DNA of 55,773 bases from Octopus bimaculoides (lineage: Eukaryota). The notes beneath the pieces are model-generated. The model did not search any database. It saw only the letters and a program-made list of their open reading frames with translations, and was not told where the DNA came from. The stretch lies in NCBI RefSeq assembly GCF_001194135.2, contig NC_068988.1:43982611-44038383 (forward strand), given 5' to 3'. Position 1 is the stretch's first letter; each line of letters opens with the position of its first letter. Shown here piece after piece: positions 12,210 to 24,870 of the stretch. The translations under genes and the position numbers were made by a program.

Positions 12210-12699
12210 CTGTTAAAAAAACAGAGAATAACGAAACAGTTATAGGTATTGTTAAGGTGTTAATCATTAATTTAAACAGTTATTAAACATTCTATACACT
12301 GTATTTTCCTTGCAAACATGTTGATATAGTATTTTGTGCGAACGTTTAAACAACATCACTGTCTTTGGAAGTCCTGCTACATTTTATAGAGAATTTTTGG
12401 TCCTCCAAAAGTGTTTTGGTGTACAAGTGAACTTACCACTTTTAGATGTACATTTTGATGTGAAAAATTTGACTTGTGTGCAAGAAGATACAGTAAACCT
12501 AACCTACAAGATATGAAAGAGAAATACTTTGAAAAAAACAAGCAAGCAAAATATAAATTTTAGTTGTGCAGAAGCCAGTAACAGTTCAGTTAATGACACC
12601 TCAAACTGTAATGGTACAACTACACAAACAAACACTGCTTGATAGACTGCGTAGCAATAACAGTGACATTATTATTCGAGACCTTTGGAAATGGGCTGT

Positions 12700-13111
12700 G
12701 CGTGAGAAGACCCGGCAAGCCAAGTAAGATCGTTGCCAGTGCCCCTGGACTGGTTCTTGTGCGGGTGGCACATGAGATGCACCATTTTGAGCGTGGCCGT
12801 TGCCAGTACCGCCTGACTGGCTCCTGTAGGATTTTCGAGCGAGATCGTTGCCAGTGCCCCTGGACTGGCTTGTGCGGGTGGCACATAAAAGACACCATTT
12901 CGAGCGTGGCCGTTTTCGTGCGGGTGACACGTAAAAGCACCCACTACACTCTCTGAGTGGTTGGCGTTAGGAAGGGCATCCAGCTGTAGAAACTCTGCCA
13001 AATCAGACTGGAGCCTGGTGTTGCCATCCGGTTTCACCAGTCCTCAGTCAAATCGTCCAACCCATGCTAGCATGGAAAGCGGACGTTAAACGATGATGAT
13101 GATGATGATGA
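12700..13111 (+). mobile_element. RTE-like tail family, young copy with internal tandem subrepeats
   Basis: Repeated GTTGCCAGT/GTGCGGGTGGCAC units, then ...GGAAGGGCATCCAGCTGTAGAAA...GTTAAACGATGATGATG. Confidence 0.8.
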
Positions 13112-13390
13112 ATGTGGTGAGCAGGCAGATTCGTTAGCATGCCAGGCAAAAATGCTTAGTGGCATTTTGTCCATCTTTATGTTCTGACTTCAAATTCTGC
13201 TGAGGTCAACTTTACTGTTCATCCTTATGGAGTTGATAAAATAAGTACCAGTTGATCACTGGGGTTGATGTAATCAGTTGATCACTGGGGTTGATGTAAT
13301 CAGTTCACCACCTCCCCAGAATTGCTAGCCTTGTGCCAAAATCTGATACCATTATTATTACTATTATTATTATTATCATTATTATTATTG
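13112..13390 (+). mobile_element. SINE family B with (ATT)n tail (other copies about 7263-7480 +, 8645-8792 +, 5325-5470 -, 39985-40145 +, 40735-40905 +, 50150-50290 +)
   Basis: Head GGTGAGCAGGCAGATTCGTTAGC...AATGCTTAGTGGCATTT...TTCAAATTCTGCTGAGGTCAACTTT, body ATAAAATAAGTACCAGTTGA, tail CCTTGTGCC...ATTATTATT. Confidence 0.75.
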
Positions 13391-14469
13391 CTTCATATAT
13401 TCAGATATAACTGGATAATCACAATACAAATAATTATTTAATCAATTATTGATGAATATAAGACTGGTCTTTAATATAATACTAGTCTTTCAGATCTATG
13501 TTGTGATCATATGAGGTCGACCTTGATCCAACAGACATAAAGGTTAAAGTGTTCTGGTCATAACCATCTTGTCTTTTATTGAAGCATATTATATCTAAGG
13601 CCATATTATCTAGTGTCCTTTCTGCTTAAAGACAACAGCATACAATTTGAAGAAGACATGATTGCTATTTCTAGTTCTTTGTTAAACAAAGTAAGTAACA
13701 CTGGTTTTATAGATGTCAAGAATAGGGACCAAATCTGCTAATAATACAATAGTTTATAGATTGTCATCTTATCCGAGAGGAGAGGACAGTTCTCATTTAT
13801 CTATTCAACACCATGAATCCGGGGCTAAATAATAATCCTTAGAAAGATTCCTTTGGGACTGGATTCTTAGAGACATCAAGGTTTTACTGCACAGTAATAA
13901 TTATTGACTCTTCTTAGCTCTTCATTGGTTCCAGAGACATTTATATATTGGTGAAAATCCCTTGAGATCAAGGACAATAGCCATACATTTGGTGTTGAAA
14001 CCAGAGCAGAGCAAAATGACTAGTGGACTTTGATCTAAGGCTGAATATTCCCATAACATTCCCACATGAACTAATACTTATCTCCAATACCTAACAAAGT
14101 TAACGTAATGTAGAATCATTGTTTGTGTGTGCAACAAAACATTTCAAGCTAATGGAGCCTTGATCTAGTTTTCTGATCCACTAGAAATATGAACTAAATC
14201 TCTCTCAAAAACCAGCAGAGCACATTAGATAATGTAATCTTAAATGCATTATGTCTAGATAAAACATGGGATCATTATAACTGGAACACCTTTCATCATA
14301 AGTCAGTTTAATCACAGCTAACCTAAGCTAAACAACAATCACAATAAAACACCAGCAGTAGATCTGAGCTCAAAATTTCAGAGTAAATAGTCCAATAGCT
14401 CATCCACGCAGCCATTTTATCTCAACATCATTTTTTACTTGGAAAGACAGGATGTCAGTAGTTACTTAC

Positions 14470-14525
14470 ACAAAGCCAGTTTCTCTAGTTTGAATGATGT
14501 GTTGGCAAGATTTTTCCCAACTGAC
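14470..14525 (-). CDS. STX5: Syntaxin-5 coding exon 3 (Ha helix)
   Basis: Acceptor ttcattttag, donor gtaagt; (R)SVGKNLANTSFKLEKLAL(L); 56 nt; below ORF-track length cut-off. Confidence 0.93.
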
Positions 14526-14664
14526 CTAAAATGAAAATTAAACATAAGGTTAACCACACGACATAAAAAACTGTACTTTTTAATTTCAAATTTAATTGTA
14601 CTTTTTAATTTTAAAATTAATTGCTTCAGTTTTCAATTTTGTAATAAACAAATTTATGGAAGAA

Positions 14665-15050
14665 CGCTTCCAAAAATATGTTATTGAGTTGTGGTCTTCC
14701 ATAAATATGATATCATGCTGTAGTGTTTCATAAATAGTTTGTAGTGTTGCAGCATTCTAGAAATATTTCCATGGTGTTATATGCCTCCATAAGAATTTTA
14801 ATGTGTTTTAGTGTTCCATAACTACAATATTTTGTTAGTCTTTCAGAAATGATATTGTGTTGCTGTCTTCCATAAACATTCACTGTCACTGCATTCCATA
14901 TGTGTTAATTTGTAATTAGTGTTCTATAAATACATTCATTATGTTCTAGTCTTCCCTAAATATGTTTATGGTGCTGTAGTCTTCCATAAATATGTTAATT
15001 TTGTTATAGTTTTCAATAAACATATTTACTATGACATAGTCTTCTACAAA
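14665..15050. repeat. Degenerate minisatellite, about 30 bp (GTAGTCTTCCATAAATATGTT...)
   Basis: About 12-13 units with the TTCCATAAA anchor. Confidence 0.7.
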
Positions 15051-15394
15051 ACAAGCAAAGTGTCTAAGATTCTAGAAGATATTAATTTTGGTGCATGGTT
15101 CTGTTTCCATGAATTCAATTGATTGAAAGATAAATCATCATCTGGATAATACGCAAGTCTAACACAGTAAACACTATTGAATGAAATTATTTCTGAAAGC
15201 AAAACAAAAACTCCTAATACAGTTCTATATTTAAGAGATGAGGAATTATGTACATTATTTACACTTGACGGATATTTGTCCTCATTTTGTTTGTTGTTAA
15301 CGTTTCAGCTGATATACTCTCCAGCCTTCATCAGGTGTCATGGGGAAATTTCGAACCTGGGTTCTCATTCCTAAGGTACTTTTCAATGTTCTTG

Positions 15395-15436
<42 letters not shown>

Positions 15437-16886
15437 TCACTGCCTGGAATCGAACTCAGAATCTTGGAGTTAGTAGCCCATGCTCTTAACCACTATGCAT
15501 ATCCGTCAAATGTAAATAATGTAAAAACTCCTAAATCTGACACTTTTTCACAAAAGCTAGGTATAATAAGGCACAGAGAATTAAGCATTCTGTCCAAATA
15601 CACAAAAACTCCTACAGTAGATTTGATCTCAAAACAGTGAGCTGGAATCACAATGTCGAATTCACATGATCATTACAACATTTTATTGATTCTAATTATT
15701 TACATTTCAGTTATCTATGTACTGATGGTTCTGTTATACTTAAATATTATAATGATATAGCCAACCCCTTGTGGTCAAGATGTGCATAGAAAACTGTTAT
15801 TTGGAAAAGGTGTTGTTCTTCTCCTCTGGGTTTTTTTTTTTTTTTTTTACTATAGAATCAGGTAGGGACTTCTACATGTGAGTTCATGGAACTTAGCACA
15901 AAGTGAAGAAGAAACCGAAGAAAACTTCAGCGATATGCATCGATTTTAAGAAGTTTTTTTAATTAAATCATATGGGTCTTTCATTTACAATTACTATCAT
16001 TACCTTACCACCAGAGTTACAGCTGTCCTCACAACCACCATAAAGGCACACCCCATTTACAGTACCCTCATCACAACCCTTACCAACATCACTGGTGCAA
16101 CAACTATTAAAACAACCACCACCACTATTACTATTACTCTTAATACTACCACTGTCTCCTCAACTGATGCCACCTCTCCTATTAACAGCATCATAACCGA
16201 GAGTGACCTTTGTCCTGATAGAAATAACAGCTGAATTTCTCTCAAATCTAAAGTGACTAAAAAAGATAAAGAATAATAAAATAATAATAATAAACATTGG
16301 CTATTGTAGCCATAGATAAATAAGATGGGATTGTTATGGCTGGAACACCTTTACTAATGAGTTTGTCTGATAAGAGCCAACCTAGGGTTAAACAGAAACA
16401 ACAGTATTACTATTAATACCACTGCTACTACTGACACTAGTAATATCAAAGTTCTATTCATACACTGCTACCAAGTACGTGCTGTCAGTGATTACTCAGG
16501 GTAGGCAACTGGTGACTTTTATGCAGTAAAACACAAAAATAAGCAAAACACAGGCACGTGACAGAGTTGTAAGCAGATTTACATCTGCCTTTATAGCACA
16601 TAAAGGAAACATTGTTGTAGGAATGTACACGACATGTGTACTACAGCAGCATTATGCATAGCCTAGATACTGAGATTGAAAAGCAGGGACGAATTATGCC
16701 TACCTAATCTACAAAAAAATAAAATATTTTGCATTTTATGCATAGTAATCAGGGTAACCTTCATAATTTTATTGAATTAGGTACATATTTTGCCATGAAA
16801 GGAAAATGTTGCTATCAATCTATTTTATTCAAAGTAGGCACATCCCTGGTTGCTACAGAAGTGTTTGAAAACTGGCAGCCAATATA

Positions 16887-17158
16887 GTATAGCCCCAGGC
16901 TAACCAAAGCCTTGTGAGTGGATTTGGTAGATGGGAACTAGGTGTGTATGTCTTTGTGTCTGTGTTTGTCCCCTCACCACTGCTTGAAATCCAGGACTGG
17001 TGTGTTTACGTCTCCATAACTTAGCAGTTTGGCAAAAGTGATAGACAGAATAAGTACCAGACTTTAAAAATAAGTGCTGGGGTCGATTCTTTCGACTAAA
17101 AATTCTTCAAGGCAGTGTCCCAGTATGGCCGCAGTCTAATGTTTGAAACAAGTGAGAC
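16887..17158 (+). mobile_element. SINE family A, 5'-truncated
   Basis: CCAAAGCCTTGTGAGTGGATTTGGTAG through tail CAGTATGGCCGCAGTC. Confidence 0.8.
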
Positions 17159-18374
17159 AGTAATTCAACTGAGAAGAAAAGAACTTGGTCATTGTTAAGC
17201 CCAACTCAGCACTGAAAGAGCATGTACCAGAAACTACATTATTAAATATATCTTTTGTTGCTTTTTTTAAAGATGACGGGCTGTGATTTGAGGGAAATTA
17301 GACTACTATTTCTAGCAGTTCTATAGAATGTGCACAGGCATTTTCGTTAGCTGTGTAGCTTACTATATGTGTTGTAAATACCCTAACAGCATAGTATAGC
17401 GAAGGGAACTAACTCTACACAAAGGGAAATAACTCCTAAGTCGATTGCTCGTGTTTGCCAACATTCGTAGGTAATTGAATACTTCGGGATTGTAAAACTT
17501 TTACAAGTTTCTATTTACTTTCTACAACATAACTGCAAAACAATTTATTTTGTTCCTGATGTCTCGATTTTGATCAACAGAACTACCAACTTCTTGTATT
17601 GCAGAATATATGACCGAGTATTCTACAGATAACGAGATCGAACTTGTTATCTCATGATAAATATTTCATCTGCAACCTCCGACATTTGAAGTGTAAATGG
17701 CTCAAGCGATAGTTTTTTTCTCCATTCCCTTATATCTTCTTTTCTTATTAATTATAGTACTTTCAATCCTGTTATTCCTATGATGCTATCAAGCTAAGTG
17801 TTTTGTCTATTCCTTCCTCTTTGCCTTTCCTAAATACTTTTCTATAGGTCAACATTTTTTAGGCTGTCTACCGTTTTAACATGCTTAAAATACCAAAGCT
17901 TTTGTTTGCCTAGTTCTTTTAATCTCAACGTGGTTTAACTCATACGGATTTGTCCTTTACTTCTTCTCTCAGCTAATTCTTTACATTCTTTAATAACACA
18001 CAGCGATCGGCTTTTTAAGAAACCAGCAGTATGATGCAGCAACTTCAACTTGTTTACATCTATACATGGATTTTTTCAAATATGGTTTGTAGAAATAACA
18101 GCAGTCACACAAGTTACGTATGTAACTGCGATCAATCGGACAATGTTGGAGAACTGTAGAAGACAGTGGTGCAAGACTATGGGTGCAGATGCAGAATCAG
18201 CCCTCATAAATTGCGGCGGCAGCAGTGAATATCTCAAAGAGTAATTACCCTTGAAGACAGTAATACTGAGTTACTTCCCTTTACAACAACCTAGTTCGCT
18301 CCCTGGACTTTCTATCATGGAGAACCAGCCACATTATCATACGAAAGAGCACAACCGCATACTTCAAATATACG

Positions 18375-20056
18375 CCGTGTTTCCTCGAAAATAAGCCCTA
18401 CCATAATTTTTCAAGATGTTTTTAATAAAATCCCTAGCCCGAAAATAAGACCTAGTCAAAAATGCATCGGCTTGTTAGCAAGACTATGTGATGTTTGCAA
18501 AATAAACCAACTACCGCAGCTTGGTTAAAGTCTGCGTCAAGTGCGCATGCACGGAGTTGACTCCCTTGTCCCCCAGGCAAGATGAGTGCAAAAAGAAAGA
18601 TTTATTCCGTGGAGTAAAAGAAAGGAACTGTGGAAGAGTCACATAACAAGAATCTTACGGCTTTCTGTAAGGAGATGTTGGATCTCCGAATGGTTCGAAA
18701 ATGGCGAGCAGAGTACGATAATTTCAGCAGACAGGTGGGCGAGGTAAGTACTAAGAAGCGCAAGTGTGGATCAGGTTGACAATTGTTATTTTCGGAGCTG
18801 GAAGATATCACATCGGGATGGATTGCTGTCAGAAGAACAAAGGCTTTGGTTGTACGCAGGGCTGATACTTAAGAATCGCATCTTGCAATGGCACCACAGT
18901 TGGATATACCCCCAGAGATATTCAAAGCATCACCTCATTGGTTGGATAACTTCCTTCGGTGATATGAGCTCTCGCTAAGAAGATCGACAACACTGTTCAA
19001 ACTGGAGGATGCTGAAGTGATTTAATGTGCACTTGCATTCAAGTCTTTTGTTGAAGGCATCGAATTTTCTAAATACTATCTCTCTCATATAATTGCTATG
19101 GATGAGACTGCAGTATTTACAGGCCAAGGATCTAAAATGACAATTGAACAGACAGGTGCCTCGTCAATCTACGTTGCCTCAACAGGTTACGAAAGTGCAA
19201 GAGTTCTTGATGGAACAAAAGTCCCACAGCTTATCATCACAAAGGACAAAAAAGAGTAAATAGTTTGCGGAATTTATGTCCTTGAAATGGAAAAGGCTTG
19301 GTGCACACAAACTGTTATAAGAAAATGGGTTTATTTAACTATGTCATTTGTTTTACGTGATTCTCAAAGAGGTCATTTCGTCTAGAATTCGACCAGTACT
19401 CATCGCGCAAAGGATATGGAAACCTTCCTTTCTGAATGAAGAATTGACCACATAATGATTCCCACGGGAATGGCTTTGTATCTACAAACATTAGATCTTG
19501 TAATAAACTAACCCTTCAAGAATTATTTGCGGATGGAATTGAATGAATATATTGAACATAGAATGGAGAGAAATCAGTGTGGAAACTTTGTCAAACCCAA
19601 CCTCCAAGAAGTTGTGAATTGGGTGAAGAATTCATGGAATAAAATTACTGACAGTTGTGTTGCCAATGCACTACGAGCAAGGTACTTGGACAAAAGTGTT
19701 CGTATAAGGAAAGTTATATTGCCAAACATGAGAAATTGGGGTCTATGATTCTACAGAAATGGATTTGCAAGAAATTCAGTCTGAAGTTCGGGGTTTGATG
19801 ATTTATGACGATATTCCAGAAGACAAAATATTTGTACGTGACAAAAAACAATAAGCAAATAAATAAACTTTTGATAACAAAAAACATGGGTTTCCTTTTT
19901 ACAATTTTTTTTCCTTTTACATGAGGACATGAGACTTATTTTGTCTTTCTTGGATATTTTCTGCAAAAATATAAGACATCCCCCCCCGCAAATAAGCCGT
20001 AGTGAGTTTTTTGGATGCAAAATTAATGTAAGACCAGGTTTTTTGGGGAAACATGG
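18375..20056 (+). mobile_element. Decayed full-length pogo/Tigger-like DNA transposon
   Basis: TIR CCGTGTTTCCTCGAAAATAAG at left; reverse-complement TIR ...TTTTGGGGAAACATGG followed by TA at right. Pseudo-ORF from ATG 18582 (MSAKRKIYSVE...WRAEYD...FKASPHWLDNFLR.YELSLRR...IAMDETAVF) has CENP-B HTH and DDE_1 character, with many stops. Confidence 0.88.
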
Positions 20057-20118
20057 TAACTGTGTGAAACTAACATTAGAGCAAATTAACTGACAGTTGA
20101 TGTGTGTGTGTGTGTGTT

Positions 20119-20287
20119 GATGCAGACGTGGCTGTGTGATAAGAAACTTGCTTCCCAACCACATACTTCTGGGTTTAGTCCCATTGCATGGCCCCTTGGG
20201 AATGTGTCTTCTACTATAGCCTCAGGCTGACATCAAAGCTTTGTGAGTGGATTTGGTAGTAACTGAAAGAAGTCGGTTTTGTGTATG

Positions 20288-20334
<47 letters not shown>

Positions 20335-20553
20335 GTGTGTGTCTGTGTTTGTCCCCACTGTACTGCTTAATAACTGGTGTTGGTGTGTTTATGTCCCCGT
20401 AACTTAGCAGTTCTGCATAAGAGACTGATATAAATACTAGGTTTAAAAAAATAAAAAGCAAGTACAGGGGTCAATTCATTCAACAAAAAATTCTTCAAGG
20501 CAGTGTCCCAGCATGGCCAGAGTCTAATGACTGGAACAAGTATGAGATAAAAG
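20119..20553 (+). mobile_element. SINE family A (full length)
   Basis: Head, (TA)n and tail as in 2753-3160. Confidence 0.82.
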
Positions 20554-21796
20554 ATATATACAACGCATTATCATTAAAACTGTAAGATGAAAAGCTTAAC
20601 TGGTGAGAACAGGAGTCAAATCTGTGAATACAACAATAATGTTCTCTACTCAATATCTTGGAACTGGTTTTAGATAACAAAAATGAGAATCACAACACTC
20701 ATGCCTGTCTCAATGTAAGTTAATTGAGACAATGCCAACCATGAATTAATACAACCTTCCTGCTGAAATTTTCCCACCTTCAATTGGGCACTGGTCTAAC
20801 ACAGAACATTCACAGATCATTTTACTGACAACCAGATGAATTGAGGTAATTTAGAAAAAGTGTTCTGTACCAGAAATACAACAGAGATGATGTAAGATAA
20901 ATCTTCCTCTGCCTCTGGACAGAACATCATTTAATCATCATCATCATCAGTTTTAATGTCTTCTCTTCTATGCATTCATAGTGAGATGGAGTTTTTACTG
21001 AGGCAGATTTTCTACAACCAGATGCCCATCCTGTCACCCACCCTCACCTGTTTCCAAGCAACATAATATTTACCCCCATGGAAAATCACACTGCTTGTAT
21101 GACAATGACATTCATTTACAACTGCCATGCAATGTCAAAGCAAGGAGATAGACTCACACACATACACACAATGGGCTTCTTTCAGTTTCTGTATATCAGG
21201 CCTTCTCACAAGGCATTAGTCGGCCAGAGGTCACAATAAAAGACACTAGTCCAAGATGCCACACAGTGGGACTGAACCCAAAACCATGTGGTTGAGAAGT
21301 AAACTTCTTAACCACACAGCTATAAAATTCTCTAGAATATATGATACTCATTCCTTGGCATTTCAGCAAGATGAAACAATGTATAATGTTACAACTTTAG
21401 TTACAATATGTTCTACAACAGTTTCACTCATATTGGCATGGATGGATTGATTTATTGGTCAGAGCAAATATCTTTACATTTCCTATCACTCAATCAGAAA
21501 GTAAAAAGTGGCAAATTAGAGCATACAGAATTATGCCTTGCTGAGATGCAATGACTCTTGTAAGATTTGAACCTAGAACAATGAGGTCACTAGACTATTA
21601 TCTTAACCATGAAACCATTGAGCTTCTCAGATTAGTAGTAAATATATAAAAATAGGTACAGGTATGGTGGTGTGGTAGAGAAGTCACTATTTTCTTCATG
21701 TCTATAAAGGGTTTTGAGTTCAACGCCACTGAAAGTGTCTTCTACAATAGCCTCAAGCCTATCAAAGCCTTGCAAGTGGATTTGGTAAATGGAAAA

Positions 21797-22091
21797 GACA
21801 TTCGAGTGAGTTCATTGCCAGTGCTGCTGGACTGGCTCCTGTGCAGGTGACACGTAAAATACACCATTTGAGCATGGCCGTTGCCAGTACCTCCCGACTG
21901 ACCTTCGTGCCGGTGGCACGTAAAAGTACCCACTACACTCTCGGAGTGGTTGGCGTTAAGAATGGCATCCAGCTGTAGAAACTCTGCCAAATCAGATTGG
22001 AGCCTGGTGTAGCCATCTGGTTCACCAATCCTCAGTCAAATCGTCCAACCCATGCTAGCATGGAAAGCGGGCGTTAAACGATGATGATGAA
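21797..22091 (+). mobile_element. RTE-like tail family copy nested inside an older composite SINE (21650-22435)
   Basis: Interrupts the SINE-A-type motif GGAAA|ACTG(G/A)AAGAAGCC; ends in GATGATGATGA. Confidence 0.72.
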
Positions 22092-22117
22092 ACTGGAAGA
22101 AGCCTGTCATGTGTATG

Positions 22118-22162
<45 letters not shown>

Positions 22163-22536
22163 TATTTATGTTTGCAGGTTTGTGTGTTCATGTTTCCTTG
22201 TCTTGAAATTGTGTACTAATTGCAAACAAACCTGCCCTCTGTTTGCAATCTTCCACAGAAATATGTCCAGCTGTTGTACTATCCATGTTTGAAAGATAGT
22301 AGAAAAATATTACCTTGTTTCTTAACAAGTGAGGGTTGGTGACATGAAGAGCATTTGGACATAGAAAATCTGCTTCAACAAATCTCATCTGACCCATGCA
22401 AACATGGAAAAGGCAACATTAAAACGACAATGATGCTGCTGCATTTGATGATAAATGAAGCAATGAAAGAATGAATGAATTCAAATTGAAAGTTGTGGAC
22501 ATAAACAAGGAACAGAAAGATTATTGAAAGACTGAC

Positions 22537-22607
22537 CGAGATCTCAATGTGAATTCTGTAGTTTGAGGTTGGCTGCGGTTTTGCTGGACTGAAACAAGAC
22601 CATTGAA
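22537..22607 (-). CDS. STX5: Syntaxin-5 coding exon 2
   Basis: Acceptor ttgttttacag, donor gtcagt; FNGLVSVQQNRSQPQTTEFTLRS(R); 71 nt, phase 0 to 2, as exon 3 requires. Confidence 0.88.
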
Positions 22608-23964
22608 CTGTAAAACAAAATATAAGTAATAGGAATAAAGTTAATATAAGACATGATACATTATCATTTTAATGTTTATTTTGTTGTTTGGCACATGTTG
22701 GATGGATCTGTCAACAACTTCTCCCCATTTAATTTAAACTTATACCATCAGATCTATGAGCGCCAATGTTTTCAACTCTGACCAAGGTACTTTGTCCCAA
22801 CAGACTTCCAAGGAGTGCACCTTCTACAATCAATTTATCATCTGTTCACATCACAAAGTTTATATTAGTTCAACTTCATATATTAGCCAATCATCATCAC
22901 TATTTAACATCCGTTTTCCATGCTGGCATAGGCTGGACAGTTTCAAGGACTGTTCAGGCTCCATGTTTGTTTTGCCATAGATACCCTTCCTAACGCCAAC
23001 CACTTTACAAAGTGTACTTGGTGCTTTTTACTTGGCACCAGCACTTACGATCCCGCAAGATTAGGGATACTTAACGGGAGAGGGTTGCAAGGGACAAGCC
23101 CATATGCAAGGTCAACCACACTTTTGCTTAGCTTGATATGTCTTTTCAAGCACAGCAAACTACCAGGTGTCTCAGTCTCCTGTCATCCCCTCGGTGAGTC
23201 CCAACACATGTAGATCCTTTCTCACCACTTTGCCTCATGTCTTTCTGGGTCTACCTCTTCCAGCTATAATGATCCTATATTTTATCTAGACATAGTGCAT
23301 TTAAGATTACACTGTCTAATGTGTTCTTCTGGCTTTTGAGAGAGATTTAGTCCATATTTTCAGTGGATCAGAAAAAACTAGACCGAGGCTCCCTCACTGG
23401 CTTGTAATGTTTTGTTGCACACACACACACACAAACAATGATTCTACATTACCTTAGCTTTGTTAGGTGTTAGAGATAAGTATTAGTTCTCTCTACCATT
23501 AGAGATTGGTACTACATGAAGCAGCTGCCATCATTCATGTTTTAGATATTCAATCTTGCAGTCAACCATTCCCCTGAGTTCACATAGCAAGTGTAGGTTT
23601 AAAAGGCTATCAAGTTTAACTAAAAAGCCTCATGAGTCAATGAGGAAATCACTATGCAGTTGATCAAATGGCTAGAATTAGTGGTCTCAGTTTCCCTCAT
23701 ATCACACACAACCTAGTGTCATCAATAGGAAAGGAACACACTGGAAATCTTAGATACACTATATCTGAAAAGAAATGGGACGACCATGGCTAGAACACAT
23801 TTAATTATAGATCTGCATTAACACTACCACCTGGTACCTTGGATGCTTTTAGTAGAGTTTCCACTGTTATACATATTCCAGCCAAGTTTAGGTTTGAAGA
23901 GACTTTCTTCCTTTCGTCTCACTAATCTCAGAGACCCTGTCTTGAGCACTAACTTCCCTCTTGA

Positions 23965-24492
23965 TTAAAAAGATGATGATAACAATAATGGTTTTAATTT
24001 TGGCACAAGGCCAGCAATTTTAGGGGAATGAGGTAAGTTGATTACATTGACGACCCNNNNNNNNNNNNNNNNNNNNNNNNNNNNNNNNNNNNNNNNNNNN
24101 NNNNNNNNNNNNNNNAGTATTTCTTTCACTGATTGCAAAAGACTGAAAGACAAAATCAACCATGGCAGAATTTGAATTCAGAATGTAAAGATAGACAAAA
24201 TGCTGCTGAGCATTTTGTCCCATGTATTAATGATTCTGCCAGCCCACCATCCTAATAATGATAATAATAATAATCCTCTCTATTATAGGCACAAGGCCTG
24301 AAATTTGTGGGGAGGGGACTAGTAAATTGCATCAACCTCAGTGTTTGACTGGTACTTAATTTATCAACCCTGAAAGGATGAAAAGTAAAGTCGACCTCAG
24401 CAGAATTTGAACTCAGAACGTAAAGACAGACAAAATACTGTTGAGCATTTCACACAGCATGCTAACGATTCTAGCAGCTCACCGCCTTCCTA
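23965..24492 (-). mobile_element. Tandem array of SINE family B copies (antisense)
   Basis: Two to three head-to-tail units separated by (AAT)n, one broken by a gap. Confidence 0.75.
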
Positions 24493-24529
24493 ATAATAAT
24501 AATATTAATAATAATACTTTCTTTGTTAA

Positions 24530-24870
24530 ACCACAAGGCTGACAAAAGGATAGAGGATGGCACAGGACAATACAGTGTGGTTTTATATAAAAGAATATGT
24601 AAAAAAGGGAGATAATACAATGAAAATCAAAAAATAAAATAAATCAAAAAAAGGATTCCACAAAAAGTAGGGAGACCTCCAAGAGCTATTCATGGAAAAC
24701 CCACAAAACTTTGGTCAATCTGACCACTAAGGCAAATGCCCTCTCCCAGTTGTCCTTCAATCTGCAGGTGTATGCTCAGAACAACCTGTTCACTCAGACT
24801 ATTCTTGTCACTTGCGTCCACCTTCTGACAAATCTGCCAAATTGTCCCTCGACAACCTCACTTTCTTTTT
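24530..24870 (-). mobile_element. L1/Tx1-clade LINE 3' end fragment
   Basis: Degenerate ...FVRRWTQVTRIV.VNR, similar to the ORF2 C-termini at 32.8 and 33.3 kb, followed by a 3' UTR. Confidence 0.5.

Noticed and set aside
14665-15050. CRISPR-like array
   Set aside because: Eukaryotic intron; units are degenerate along their whole length with no repeat/unique-spacer structure and no cas genes.
6407-21990. Recurrent peptide MKPDGNTRLQSDLAEFLQLDALPN... at 6407, 12672 and 21742
   Set aside because: Translation of a multicopy retroposon tail with a GTG pseudo-start; not a gene family.
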